Shown here: positions 40,004-49,595 of the stretch, in pieces | Layout of the letters: each line of letters starts with the position of its first letter | Numbering within the stretch: position 1 is the stretch's first letter | Assembly: GCA_964522525.1 (NCBI GenBank) | Contig: CAZFWG010000014.1 | Location: forward strand, 2,492 to 59,920 | Reading direction: 5' to 3' | Source: an uncultured Alphaproteobacteria bacterium | GTDB taxonomy: Bacteria > Pseudomonadota > Alphaproteobacteria > JAJFIK01 | Length of the DNA stretch: 57,429 bases | Translations under genes and position numbers: made by a program | The notes under the pieces: model-generated | What the model saw: the letters and a program-made list of their open reading frames with translations, nothing else | Told to the model about the DNA's origin: nothing | Databases searched by the model: none

Positions 40004-41074
40004 ATGCAACGGGGCTGGCTGATCGCAATCATTGCGGGCTTGGTGAGCGCGCTTTTGTTTCTCTCCATGCTGGCCGGCAATGTGCTGTCCCTGCTCCTCG
40101 TCTATCTGCTGCCGCTGCCTTTGATCATCGCGGGTCTGGGATGGGGGTCCGCCGTAAGTGCCATGGCGGCCGTGACCGGCACCCTTTTCCTGTTCATCGT
40201 GATGAATGTGACGGTCGGCGTGATCTTTGCCCTGACCTGCGCCATGCCGCCCGTGTTGCTGTCGCGCTTTGCGCTGCGTCACCGGGACGGGCGCCCCGAG
40301 ATCGAGGGCGGGCCGGAACGGGAAAGCGACGAGGAAGAGGCCATGGATGCCGGGGAGCCGGCCGAGGAAGCGGATCCGGAGGATTGGTATCCGGTCGGCC
40401 GCCTCGTGACCTGGATCGCAGTCATGGCTCTGGGCCTCTTCGTGTTGGCCAATGTGGCGTTCACCAGTTCGGAAGGCGGGCTGGTGCCCACCCTCGAGGC
40501 GGCTCTCCACGCCAATATGGAGGAACCGAAGGAACTGCTCGACGATCTCAAAGAGGCCGGGCAGCCCATGACCAAGGACGAACTCTACGCCGTCGCGGCG
40601 CAGGTCTTCCCGAGCATCGCCGCCGTGTTGTGGTGCGTGATCATGGTGCTCAATCTGGCCTTGGGACAGGCGATCGTGAAGGTTTCGGGCCAGGCGCGGC
40701 GGGCGGATTTCGATTGGCTGCGGCTGGAACTGCCCTTCGGGTTGGCGATTGCCTTGTCCGTTACGCTCTTGATGGGATATCTGCCGTCCCAGACAGGCTT
40801 TATCGGCGCGACATCCGCGGTCATTTTGTCGGCGCCTTATTTTCTGGCCGGACTGATCACCGCCCACGGTGTCAGCGCGGCCTGGGTTTCCCAAAGCGGA
40901 ACCCCCGGGATGACGGGCGGACTTCGTTTCAGCGGTCTGGCCTTGATGTATTTGATGCTCATGGTGATGCAGGGCCTCGCGGCCCAGTTGATCACCCTTC
41001 TGGGCATCCTCGATCAGTGGTTCGAATTTCGCCGGCGGTTCATGGACCATCCGGCCCCAGAGGAGATTGCGTAA
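40004..41074 (+). CDS. DUF2232-like membrane protein
   Basis: Polytopic, with L.PLPL..AGLGWG and WYP.GRL motifs; canonical position between rpsR and rplI. Confidence 0.82.
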   Translation: MQRGWLIAIIAGLVSALLFLSMLAGNVLSLLLVYLLPLPLIIAGLGWGSAVSAMAAVTGTLFLFIVMNVTVGVIFALTCAMPPVLLSRFALRHRDGRPEIEGGPERESDEEEAMDAGEPAEEADPEDWYPVGRLVTWIAVMALGLFVLANVAFTSSEGGLVPTLEAALHANMEEPKELLDDLKEAGQPMTKDELYAVAAQVFPSIAAVLWCVIMVLNLALGQAIVKVSGQARRADFDWLRLELPFGLAIALSVTLLMGYLPSQTGFIGATSAVILSAPYFLAGLITAHGVSAAWVSQSGTPGMTGGLRFSGLALMYLMLMVMQGLAAQLITLLGILDQWFEFRRRFMDHPAPEEIA

Positions 41075-41700
41075 TGGATGTCGTGTTGCTGGAGCGGGTC
41101 GAAAAGCTCGGACAAATGGGTGACGTCGTTAAGGTGAAAAACGGCTTCGCCCGGAACTACCTTCTGCCGCGGGGCAAAGCGCTCCGGGCGACGGAAGAGA
41201 ACAAGGCCCGGTTCGAGGAAAGCCGGGCCCAACTCGAGGCTCAAAATCTGGAGCGCCGCCAGGAGGCCGAGGCCGTCTCGGAAAAACTCGACGGTCAGAC
41301 CTTCATCGCCATTCGCCAGTCGAGCGAAAGCGGTCAGCTCTACGGCTCGGTGGCCTCCCGGGACATCGCCATCCTGGTTACGGAAGGCGGATTCACCATC
41401 ACCCGGAGCCAAGTGCAGCTCGACAAACCCATCAAGGAATTGGGTCTTCACCCGGTGCGCGTCAGCCTGCACCCGGAAGTGGCGGTCACGGTCACCATGA
41501 ATGTGGCGCGTTCCGAGGAAGAAGCGGAACGTCAGGCCCGGGGCGAGGACGTCACGGCCCGCGTCGACGAGGATGAGGACGACGATCTCGACCTCAACGC
41601 CTTGCTCGAGGAAGGCGTGGACCTGCCCGACGAAGAGGCCGGCGCTGAAGACGGCGCCGCGCCGGAAGCGGAAACTGCCTCTGACGAACCGCGCGAGTAA
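41074..41700 (+). CDS. rplI: 50S ribosomal protein L9
   Basis: [44 protein letters not shown]. Confidence 0.98.
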   Translation: MDVVLLERVEKLGQMGDVVKVKNGFARNYLLPRGKALRATEENKARFEESRAQLEAQNLERRQEAEAVSEKLDGQTFIAIRQSSESGQLYGSVASRDIAILVTEGGFTITRSQVQLDKPIKELGLHPVRVSLHPEVAVTVTMNVARSEEEAERQARGEDVTARVDEDEDDDLDLNALLEEGVDLPDEEAGAEDGAAPEAETASDEPRE

Positions 41701-41785
41701 AAACATCTTTAACGGGAACTTTCCCGCTTAAGATGAATTCACTCGCCGCCAAATGCCTCCGCCGTTGCCTCGTTGATCATTGATC

Positions 41786-41824
41786 TGGGGATAAGCCTGT
41801 GTGCAGGGCGCACACTTATCCCCA
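41786..41824. promoter_or_regulatory. Inverted pair of DnaA-box-like 9-mers upstream of dnaB
   Basis: TGGGGATAA 41786-41794 and TTATCCCCA 41816-41824, each one mismatch from TTATCCACA. Confidence 0.55.
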
Positions 41825-42004
41825 GACCTTAGGCAAACCGAATTTCTTGTGGAGGAATGGAAGCCCGCCCTTGCTGCACGCGCGGACGACCCGCATCAAT
41901 GGGTCGACCCGCATTCGCGTCCCTCCCCGTCGGTCCTCGCTGACCCCGCGCGAATCACTTCCGTAAAATCCCGGCTTCCCGAAGCTCGCCAATCACCGAG
42001 TGCC

Positions 42005-43597
42005 ATGTCGCAACATATTGCCTCAGCCGCGCTTGCATCCTCCGATCCGTCCCCCCATGAGGAAACGGAGCATGACGACCATGCGGATGCGTCCCTCCAA
42101 CCCAGCAGCATCGAGACCGAGCAGGCCCTGCTCGGGGTCATCCTGATCAACAACGAGGCCTATTTTCAGGCCAATGCCGTGATCAGCGCGGAGCATTTCT
42201 ACGAGCCGCTCCATGGCAAGATCTTCGATGTTGTCGGAAAGCTGATCGACAAGGGGCGGATCGCGACCCCGCTGACCGTCCATGCCCAACTCGAGACGGA
42301 TCCCGTCCTCAGGGAAATCGGCGGCGCCAGCTATCTGGCCAATCTGGCCGCCGCGTCGACGACGACGATCCACGTTGCCGACTACGCCCACACCCTGTTC
42401 GATCTCGCCGTGCGGCGGGGCCTGATGCGGGTCGGCGAGGACATGGTGCACCGGGCCCGGGATGCGGATATCGATGACGAACCCGCCCAGCAGATTGTCG
42501 ATGCGGAACAACAGCTCTACGAGCTGGCGGAGAAGGGCAAATACCGCGAGGGCAGCCTTGATTTCTCCCGTGCCTTGGAGACGGCCCTGACCCGCGCCGA
42601 TGCCGCCTTCAAGCGCGAGGGCAGTCTGGCGGGTATGCCCACGGGATTTGTCGATCTGGACCGGCGGCTCGGCGGGCTTCAGCGCTCGGATCTTATCATC
42701 CTTGCCGGACGGCCCGCCATGGGCAAGAGCGCGCTCGCCACCAATATGGCCTTCAACATCGCCAAGGAGTTCCGGGTGGGCCGGGACGCCTCGGGCAATG
42801 AAATGCATGAGGCGGGCGGGCGCGTCCTGTTCTTTTCCCTGGAAATGTCCGCCGATCAGCTCGCCACGCGGGTCCTCGCCGAACAGGCCATGGTGCCGTC
42901 CCATATGATCCGGGACGGGACGATCACGCGTCAGGATTTCGGGCGCCTCAGCGATGCAGTGTCCGAGATCCAGCACATTCCGCTGATGATCGACGACACC
43001 GGCGGCTTGAGCATTTCGGCCATTGCCTCGCGGGCCCGCCGGGTCGCGCGCAAGCCGGGCCTCGACCTCATCGTCATCGACTATGTCCAGCTGATTACGG
43101 GCTCGGGCCGCAAGCGCAGCGAAAACCGCGTTCAGGAACTGACCGAGATCACGACAAGCCTGAAGGCGCTGGCCAAGGAACTCAATGTGCCGATCATTGC
43201 CCTGTCCCAGCTCAGCCGGGCTGTGGAATCGCGCGACGACAAGCGGCCGCAATTGGCCGATCTGCGCGAGTCCGGCTCCATCGAGCAGGATGCGGACATT
43301 GTCATGTTCATCTTCCGTGAGGAATATTATCACGACCAGAAGCGGCCCACCGAACCGCCCGCTGACGCGGCAATCGGCGCCAGCGAGGAAATGCGCAAGG
43401 TCATTCAGGGTTACAACGAGAGCATGGCGGCCTGGGAAGAGAAGAAACACCTCATTCAGAACTTGGCCGAAGTCATCGTCGCTAAGCACCGGCACGGGGC
43501 CACGGGCGTGGTCAAGCTCCATTTCGATCCGGAGATTACCCGCTTCCACAGTTACGCCGCCCCCGAACGGGGCCCCGCCCCCGGCGGCTATCGCTGA
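42005..43597 (+). CDS. dnaB: Replicative DNA helicase
   Basis: EQALLG, AGRPAMGKS, FSLEMS, IDY.QL, LSQLSRAVE.R.DKRP.L.DLRESGSIEQDAD, K.RHG.TG. Confidence 0.97.
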   Translation: MSQHIASAALASSDPSPHEETEHDDHADASLQPSSIETEQALLGVILINNEAYFQANAVISAEHFYEPLHGKIFDVVGKLIDKGRIATPLTVHAQLETDPVLREIGGASYLANLAAASTTTIHVADYAHTLFDLAVRRGLMRVGEDMVHRARDADIDDEPAQQIVDAEQQLYELAEKGKYREGSLDFSRALETALTRADAAFKREGSLAGMPTGFVDLDRRLGGLQRSDLIILAGRPAMGKSALATNMAFNIAKEFRVGRDASGNEMHEAGGRVLFFSLEMSADQLATRVLAEQAMVPSHMIRDGTITRQDFGRLSDAVSEIQHIPLMIDDTGGLSISAIASRARRVARKPGLDLIVIDYVQLITGSGRKRSENRVQELTEITTSLKALAKELNVPIIALSQLSRAVESRDDKRPQLADLRESGSIEQDADIVMFIFREEYYHDQKRPTEPPADAAIGASEEMRKVIQGYNESMAAWEEKKHLIQNLAEVIVAKHRHGATGVVKLHFDPEITRFHSYAAPERGPAPGGYR

Positions 43598-43612
43598 CCG
43601 GCCCTAACGCCC

Positions 43613-44506
43613 ATGACGACGCGCCGGATCTTTTTTCTCAGTTGCGCCGAGCTTGACCCGGCCGAACGATCGGAGCGCGATCCCCTTCTGATCCGTGATG
43701 ACGAGCCCCTCGTTGAGGCCCTCTTGACACGGAACATCACGGTCTCACCGGTCGATTGGGAGGCCGTCCCGCCGAGCGATCTTGCCGGCGAAGGTGTGGT
43801 CGTCCGTTCCCCCTGGAACTACACCCAGAACGCCCATGCGTTTGCCGCGTGGATCCGGGAGGCGGAAACGGCCGGCGTGCGCCTCGTCAATCCGGCCAGC
43901 CTCATTCTGGGGACGCTGGAGAAAACCTACCTCATGGAGCTTGCCGACGCGGGGCTCGACGCCATCCCGACCCGCGCCATCGACCCCTTTGCGCCCCGGT
44001 CCCTCGGCCCCGCCTTCGATGTCTTCGGGACGGACGCGGTGATCCTCAAACCCGTGATCGGCGCGGGCGCCAGACACACCCACCGCATCGACGGTCTGTG
44101 TCATGACGTTCCCGATGGGATCCGTCAGACATTGCCGAGGGACCAGGCCTATCTGGTGCAACCCTTCGTGCCGGAAATCGCGACCCAGGGTGAGCTTTCG
44201 GTGATGTTCTTCGGGGGACGGTTCGGTCACATGGTGCGCAAGCGGCCTGCCCTTGGGGACTTCCGCGTCCAGGAGGACCATGGCGGGCGCACCGAGCTCA
44301 TGACCCCTGATGAGGGCATTGCCGACCAGGCGGCAAGGGCCTCCCGCCATTTCGGTGACCCGGCTTACATCCGGGTCGATGGCGTTCCCGTCGATGACCG
44401 GTTCCAGATCATGGAGCTTGAGATGATCGAACCGGAACTCTTTTTCCGGCTGGCCCCGGCCTCCGCAGCCCTTTTCGCCGAGCGCCTCCAAACCATTTTG
44501 TTCTGA
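43613..44506 (+). CDS. ATP-grasp ligase (RimK/GshB-like)
   Basis: RSPWNY, K.YL.EL, KPVIGAGA, LVQPF.PEI...GELS, GDFRVQ..HGG, RVDG, MELE.IEP.LF. Confidence 0.85.
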   Translation: MTTRRIFFLSCAELDPAERSERDPLLIRDDEPLVEALLTRNITVSPVDWEAVPPSDLAGEGVVVRSPWNYTQNAHAFAAWIREAETAGVRLVNPASLILGTLEKTYLMELADAGLDAIPTRAIDPFAPRSLGPAFDVFGTDAVILKPVIGAGARHTHRIDGLCHDVPDGIRQTLPRDQAYLVQPFVPEIATQGELSVMFFGGRFGHMVRKRPALGDFRVQEDHGGRTELMTPDEGIADQAARASRHFGDPAYIRVDGVPVDDRFQIMELEMIEPELFFRLAPASAALFAERLQTILF

Positions 44507-44627
44507 GGCCCGACTTTCGTCATGATCGGGTCATGCTGGTCGGCCTCCATGGATACCGCCCTGGAGGCATTGCGCCCCGGCGTGTTTCGTCCTTCGGCAG
44601 GCCGGGGCCGCCGTGCTAGGAAAGCCC

Positions 44628-45764
44628 ATGGAGAAGACGTCGACATTCGCTGCCCCGACACCGCCGGAACCCGCCGCCGCCGACAGCTGGCTGACCATCG
44701 ACCTCGATGCCCTTGCCGCGAATTATCGGACCCTGCGCCAGGTCGCGAAGGGCGCGCGCACGGCCGGTGTGATCAAGGCGGATGGCTATGGCCTGGGCGC
44801 GGTCCCCGTCGGCCGTCGGCTCGCCCGCGAGGGATGTGACCTCTTTTTCGTGGCCCATCTGGGCGAGGCCCTGCGCCTGCGGCGGGAGGGCGGCGGCGCG
44901 ATAGACCGGGCCGAGGTGGCCGTTCTGAACGGCATTCCACCGGGCCAGGAAGGCCTCGCGGTCGAGCATCGCATTCAGCCGGTCCTGAATACGCCGGAAG
45001 CGGTGGAGGCGTGGCTCGACGCCATCAAGGACCGGACCGACCCGCCCCGCGCTTTCCTCCAAGTGGAGACCGGCATGAATCGCCTGGGGCTCGACGCCGA
45101 GGGCCTCGCGCGCATCTCCAACCGCCTGCCCCAGCTGCCGCTCGCGGCGGTGATGAGCCATCTGGCCTGTGCGGACACGCCGGACGCCCCCATGAATGAC
45201 CGGCAGCGGGAGCGATTCGCGGCCCTGGCGGCCGACCTGCCCGAGGCGCCGCGCAGTCTCGCGAGTTCAGCGGCGATTTTGTCAAATCCGAAAACCCATT
45301 TCGATCTGGTGCGTCCGGGCATCGGCCTCTACGGGGCCAACCCCTTCGCCGATCGGCCCAATCCCATGGCGCCGGTGGTCACGCTCGAGGCGCGGATCCT
45401 CCAGACCCGGCGAATTGACAGGGGCGAGGCGGTCGGCTACGGAGCCACCTATGTCGCGGAAGGTCCACGCCGGGTGGCAACGCTTTCCGTGGGTTACGCC
45501 GATGGATATAAGCGGGCAGCCGGTGGACGGGCCACGGCCAGCATCGCCGGGATCGCCCTTCCGGTGATCGGGCGTGTCTCCATGGACCTGATCACCGTGG
45601 ATGTCACGCAAGCGCCGGAGGAGATGAGCCAGACGGGCGATCGGATAACCCTGCTCGGTGGCGAGCAGGACGCGGATGCGCTCGGCAAGGCGGCCGGTAC
45701 CTTGGGCTATGAAATCCTGACCAGCCTCGGGCAGCGTTATGCCCGCCAGTATAAAGGCGGTTGA
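44628..45764 (+). CDS. alr: Alanine racemase
   Basis: IDL.AL..N, KADGYGLG, TGMNRLG, SHLACAD, RPGIGLYG, GYADG, GRVSMD, YEILTSL. Confidence 0.96.
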   Translation: MEKTSTFAAPTPPEPAAADSWLTIDLDALAANYRTLRQVAKGARTAGVIKADGYGLGAVPVGRRLAREGCDLFFVAHLGEALRLRREGGGAIDRAEVAVLNGIPPGQEGLAVEHRIQPVLNTPEAVEAWLDAIKDRTDPPRAFLQVETGMNRLGLDAEGLARISNRLPQLPLAAVMSHLACADTPDAPMNDRQRERFAALAADLPEAPRSLASSAAILSNPKTHFDLVRPGIGLYGANPFADRPNPMAPVVTLEARILQTRRIDRGEAVGYGATYVAEGPRRVATLSVGYADGYKRAAGGRATASIAGIALPVIGRVSMDLITVDVTQAPEEMSQTGDRITLLGGEQDADALGKAAGTLGYEILTSLGQRYARQYKGG

Positions 45765-45775
45765 TGAGAGGGCTG

Positions 45776-46579
45776 ATGATTCAATCCAAATCCCAACTCG
45801 ACCAGCGATGGAACCCTTTCGCGGTCATCGGTCGCTTCACCTTGGGCTTTTTCGAGCAGGTGGGCCTGTTGGCGACCTTCACCGGCAATGCGGTGCTGGC
45901 CTGCGTGCGCCCGCCCATCTATGTGAGCCTCGTGGCCCAGCAGATGCTCCGCATCGGCTATTTCTCCCTGCCCGTGGTGGGCCTCACCGCCCTGTTCACA
46001 GGCGCGGTGTTGGCGCTCCAGATCTATATCGGCGGCTCCCGCTTCAATGCGGAGAGCATCGTGCCCAATATCGTGGTGCTCGGCATCACGCGGGAGTTGG
46101 GCCCGGTGCTGGCCGGCCTGATGGTCGCGGGCCGGGTCAGTTCGGCGATCGCGGCGGAAATCGGGACCATGCGGGTCACGGAACAGATTGATGCCCTGCG
46201 CACCCTGTCCACGAACCCGTTCCAATATCTGGTGGCGCCGCGCCTGATCGCCGCCGTGATTTCCCTGCCCATCCTGGTGTTGATCGCCGATATCATCGGT
46301 GTCATGGGCGGTTATCTGGTGGGCACCCAGTCGCTGGGCTTCTCCTCAGGCCCCTATCTCAAGAACACGATCGATTTTCTGGAGGCGGACGACGTGTCGT
46401 CGGGCCTGTGGAAAGCGGCGGCCTTCGGGTTCATCATTGCCCTGATGGGCTGCTACAACGGCTATTACAGCAAGGGAGGGGCGCAGGGCGTGGGCGCGGC
46501 GACCACCTTTGCCGTGGTCAACGCCTCGATCCTGATCCTGGCGGCGAATTATCTGCTCACGTCCCTGTTGTTCTCCTAA
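45776..46579 (+). CDS. mlaE: MlaE family ABC permease
   Basis: SLPVVGLTA.FTG.VLALQ, RELGPVL, AEIGTMRVTEQIDAL, GA.GVG.ATT; start may be 45764. Confidence 0.92.
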   Translation: MIQSKSQLDQRWNPFAVIGRFTLGFFEQVGLLATFTGNAVLACVRPPIYVSLVAQQMLRIGYFSLPVVGLTALFTGAVLALQIYIGGSRFNAESIVPNIVVLGITRELGPVLAGLMVAGRVSSAIAAEIGTMRVTEQIDALRTLSTNPFQYLVAPRLIAAVISLPILVLIADIIGVMGGYLVGTQSLGFSSGPYLKNTIDFLEADDVSSGLWKAAAFGFIIALMGCYNGYYSKGGAQGVGAATTFAVVNASILILAANYLLTSLLFS

Positions 46580-46593
46580 AGGCGTACCCGGTT

Positions 46594-47388
46594 ATGGCAT
46601 TCAGTGATCCGTCCATGGATGTTCCCAAGATCGAACTCAAATCGGTCTGCAAGAGTTTCGGACGCAAGCGGGTCTTGAACGGCCTCAATCTGACCGTTGA
46701 CGCCGGTCGTTCCCTCGTCGTGATCGGCGGATCGGGGACGGGCAAGTCGGTCATGCTCAAATGCATTCTGGGCCTGCTCAAACCCAATTCGGGGTCGATC
46801 CAGGTGGACGGCCAGGAAACCACGGAGATGACCGAGCGGGAACGCGACGCGCTCATGGGCAAGTTCGGCATGCTGTTCCAGGGCTCCGCCCTCTTTGACA
46901 GCCTGCCCGTCTGGCAGAACGTCGCCTTCGGTCTCATCCGCGGCAAGGGCGTCGGCCGCCGGGAGGCGAAGGAGGTGGCCATCGAAACCCTGGGCAAGGT
47001 CGGCCTGGGGCCCCAGGTGGGCGATCTCTATCCGGCGGAATTGTCCGGGGGCATGCAGAAGCGGGTGGGCCTTGCTCGCGCCATTGCCACCCATCCGGAG
47101 GTGATCTTTTTTGACGAACCGACCACGGGCCTCGACCCGATCATGGCCGATGTCATCAATGAGCTGATCGTCGAGCGGGTCAAGGATCTGGGCGCCACCA
47201 CCCTGTCCATCACCCACGACATGGCGAGCGCGCGCAAGATCGCCGACGATGTCGCCATGATCTACAAGGGGCGGATCATCTGGCGGGGACCGGCGGCCGA
47301 CATCGACAAGTCGGGCAACGAGTTCGTGGAGCAGTTCATCAACGGCCGCGCCGAAGGCCCGATCCAGATGGATGTGCTGAAGGCGTAA
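46594..47388 (+). CDS. mlaF: MlaF family ABC ATP-binding protein
   Basis: GGSGTGKS, LFQG.ALFDS, ELSGGMQKRV.LARA, DEPTTGLDP, V.QF..G..EGPI. Confidence 0.92.
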   Translation: MAFSDPSMDVPKIELKSVCKSFGRKRVLNGLNLTVDAGRSLVVIGGSGTGKSVMLKCILGLLKPNSGSIQVDGQETTEMTERERDALMGKFGMLFQGSALFDSLPVWQNVAFGLIRGKGVGRREAKEVAIETLGKVGLGPQVGDLYPAELSGGMQKRVGLARAIATHPEVIFFDEPTTGLDPIMADVINELIVERVKDLGATTLSITHDMASARKIADDVAMIYKGRIIWRGPAADIDKSGNEFVEQFINGRAEGPIQMDVLKA

Positions 47389-47395
47389 GTTCGCG

Positions 47396-47445
47396 GCCCC
47401 TTCCCTCAAAAGGCCGCTGGTTATGGGCCCTCCAACCCGGAGACC
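47396..47445 (+). repeat. Left copy of the imperfect direct repeat flanking the TA module
   Basis: 42/50 identical to 48192-48241 by manual ungapped alignment. Confidence 0.85.
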
Positions 47446-47464
47446 CAAACGCCTTGTTCAAAGT

Positions 47465-47509
47465 CCACTCTAATATTGACATCTCATAGGATGTCACTAT
47501 AATGAGTGG
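47465..47509 (+). promoter_or_regulatory. Consensus sigma70 promoter embedded in a ~45-bp palindrome (TA operator)
   Basis: TTGACA 47476-47481, 16 nt, TATAAT 47498-47503; arms CCACTC..TGACATC and GATGTCA..GAGTGG. Confidence 0.8.
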
Positions 47510-47929
47510 GTGAAAATCGTCATTGATACGAATGTCATTGTCGCTGCGTTTAGAAGTCGACAGGGAGCCAGCAACAGACTGCTCCGGCTTGTGGAGACGG
47601 GTGCCGTCCGCCCGCTTTGTTCTACGGCGTTGTTTCTTGAATACGAAGCCGTTCTTGGCCGCCCTGAAATTCGTGCCGTCACCGGACATTCGGTAGACGA
47701 CGTACGCGCGATCATGAATGCGCTGGCAGGTTTTGCGCAGCCGGTCGATGTGCCCTTCAAACTGCGCCCCTCCCTCAAGGACGCCGATGACGAGATGGTG
47801 TTCGAGGCCGCGGTCAACGGTCGGGCGGACGCGATCGTGACCCACAACATAAAGGACTTTGCGGGGATCAAGAGGTCGGGCCTTGAGGTTCTGAAGCCCA
47901 GGCAGATCATTGAGAGGCTGACATCATGA
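47510..47929 (+). CDS. PIN-domain (VapC-like) toxin
   Basis: VIDTNV, LEYEAVL.R, D.DDEMV.EAA..G.ADAIVT.N.KDF. Confidence 0.9.
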   Translation: MKIVIDTNVIVAAFRSRQGASNRLLRLVETGAVRPLCSTALFLEYEAVLGRPEIRAVTGHSVDDVRAIMNALAGFAQPVDVPFKLRPSLKDADDEMVFEAAVNGRADAIVTHNIKDFAGIKRSGLEVLKPRQIIERLTS

Positions 47930-48180
47930 ACAAACCTGTCCGACACAAATATCCGCTTCAATTGCCGGTATCCCTCAAGGAAATGGCTGCTCGACTTGCG
48001 GAAGAGGATGGCGTTTCCCTGAACCAGTGGATCGTTACCGCGGTTGCCCAGAAAATCGGCGCCGTGGAAACGGCCGAAAGCTTTCTGAAAGAACGGGCCG
48101 GCCAGGCGAAACCCGGAGATCTGGGACGGTTCTTGAACCGGGCACCGGATGTGCCGCCGGACGGCGAAGATTCTCTCTGA
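47926..48180 (+). CDS. Ribbon-helix-helix (HicB-like) putative antitoxin
   Basis: YPL.LP.SL...A..LA..DGVSLNQ.I..AVA.K; ATGA overlap with the toxin. Confidence 0.85.
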   Translation: MNKPVRHKYPLQLPVSLKEMAARLAEEDGVSLNQWIVTAVAQKIGAVETAESFLKERAGQAKPGDLGRFLNRAPDVPPDGEDSL

Positions 48181-48191
48181 GCCGGCGACAC

Positions 48192-48241
48192 GCCCCTCCC
48201 CTCACAAAGCCGTTGGTTATGGGCGTTCTAACCGGGAGACC
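48192..48241 (+). repeat. Right copy of the imperfect direct repeat flanking the TA module
   Basis: GCCCCTCCCCTCACAAAGCCGTTGGTTATGGGCGTTCTAACCGGGAGACC matches 47396-47445. Confidence 0.85.
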
Positions 48242-48321
48242 TATTGCCTCCAGGCCCCCGAAGGCCTGACATGGGACTGCTTTTTCCGGCACTCATCCGT
48301 GCCCATTGAGGGAGAGAACCC

Positions 48322-49524
48322 ATGAGAGAGGCCGTTATCGTCTCCACCGCGCGCACCGGCATCGGCAAGGCCAATCGGGGCAGTTTCAACCAGACCCACG
48401 GGGCGGTCATGGCGGGCCACGCCCTCGCCCATGCCATCGACCGGGCGGGCATCGACGCGGGCGATGTCGAGGATTTCGTCCTGGGCTGCGGCTATCCGGA
48501 AGGCGCCACGGGCCACAATCTGGGCCGCAACGCCGCCATCAAGGCGGGCTGCCCGGTCACCACCGGCGGGACCACCATGACCCGCTACTGCGCCTCCGGC
48601 CTCCAGGCCATCGCCTATGCCGCCCAGCAGGTGATCGCCAACGGCACGCCCGTCATCGCGGCGGGCGGTGTGGAGAGCATCTCGCTCGTGGAGCGCGGTA
48701 CGTTCAACACGGATCATTTCTTCGAGGAAACCCTCCTTGAAAGCCACCCGGCCCTGTGGATGACCATGATCGAGACGGCGGAGATCGTCGCCGAACGCTA
48801 TGGCATCTCGCGCGAGGTCCAGGACGAATACGGCTTCCAGAGCCAGCAGCGCACGGCCGCCGCGCAAGCGGCCGGCAAATTCGACGACGAAATCGTTCCG
48901 CTTACGGTCCAATGGCATAAATTCGACAAGGCCACCAATGAAACGACCGTGGTCGAGCACACGATCACCCAGGACGAATGCAACCGTCCCCAGACGACCC
49001 TGGAGGACCTTCAGAAGCTGGGTCCGGTCTTCGCCAACGGCCAACAGGTGAAGGAAGGCAAATTCATCACGGCGGGCAATGCGAGCCAGCTCTCCGATGG
49101 CGCCAGTGCCTGCATCATCATGGACGCCAAGGAAGCCGAACGCCGGGGCCTTCAGCCTTTGGGCATCTTCCGGGGCTTCGCCACCCATGGGGTGTCCCCG
49201 GAGGAAATGGGCATCGGCCCTGTCAAGGCGGTCCCGCGCCTGCTCGAGCGTCACGGGCTGAAAGTCGACGATATCGGCTTGTGGGAACTGAACGAGGCCT
49301 TTGCGAGCCAGTGTCTTTACTGTCGGGACACCCTCGGCATCGACAACGAGATCTACAACGTCAATGGCGGGGCCATTGCCATCGGCCACCCCTATGGCAT
49401 GACGGGCGCCCGTTGTGTCGGCCATCTCCTGATCGAAGGGCGCCGCCGGGGCGTGAAATATGGCGTTGTCACCATGTGCGTGGGCGGCGGCCAGGGCGCG
49501 GCCGGACTGTTCGAGATCCTGTAA
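48322..49524 (+). CDS. Acetyl-CoA C-acyltransferase (thiolase)
   Basis: [53 protein letters not shown]. Confidence 0.95.
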   Translation: MREAVIVSTARTGIGKANRGSFNQTHGAVMAGHALAHAIDRAGIDAGDVEDFVLGCGYPEGATGHNLGRNAAIKAGCPVTTGGTTMTRYCASGLQAIAYAAQQVIANGTPVIAAGGVESISLVERGTFNTDHFFEETLLESHPALWMTMIETAEIVAERYGISREVQDEYGFQSQQRTAAAQAAGKFDDEIVPLTVQWHKFDKATNETTVVEHTITQDECNRPQTTLEDLQKLGPVFANGQQVKEGKFITAGNASQLSDGASACIIMDAKEAERRGLQPLGIFRGFATHGVSPEEMGIGPVKAVPRLLERHGLKVDDIGLWELNEAFASQCLYCRDTLGIDNEIYNVNGGAIAIGHPYGMTGARCVGHLLIEGRRRGVKYGVVTMCVGGGQGAAGLFEIL

Positions 49525-49595
49525 GCCGTCTTGGATCCTCATTTCTGATGGCGACAGCGTACCGATTGGTATGCTGTCGCCCTGCCGCGTGAGGA

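Noticed and set aside
45776-47388. Missing mlaD next to mlaE-mlaF
   Set aside because: In alphaproteobacteria mlaD is commonly encoded elsewhere, so this is not unusual.
47396-48241. Integron attC or dif/pdif identity for the TA-flanking repeats
   Set aside because: GTT precedes AAC rather than RYYYAAC...GTTRRRY, there is no long attC hairpin or XerC/D arm match, and no integrase is present.
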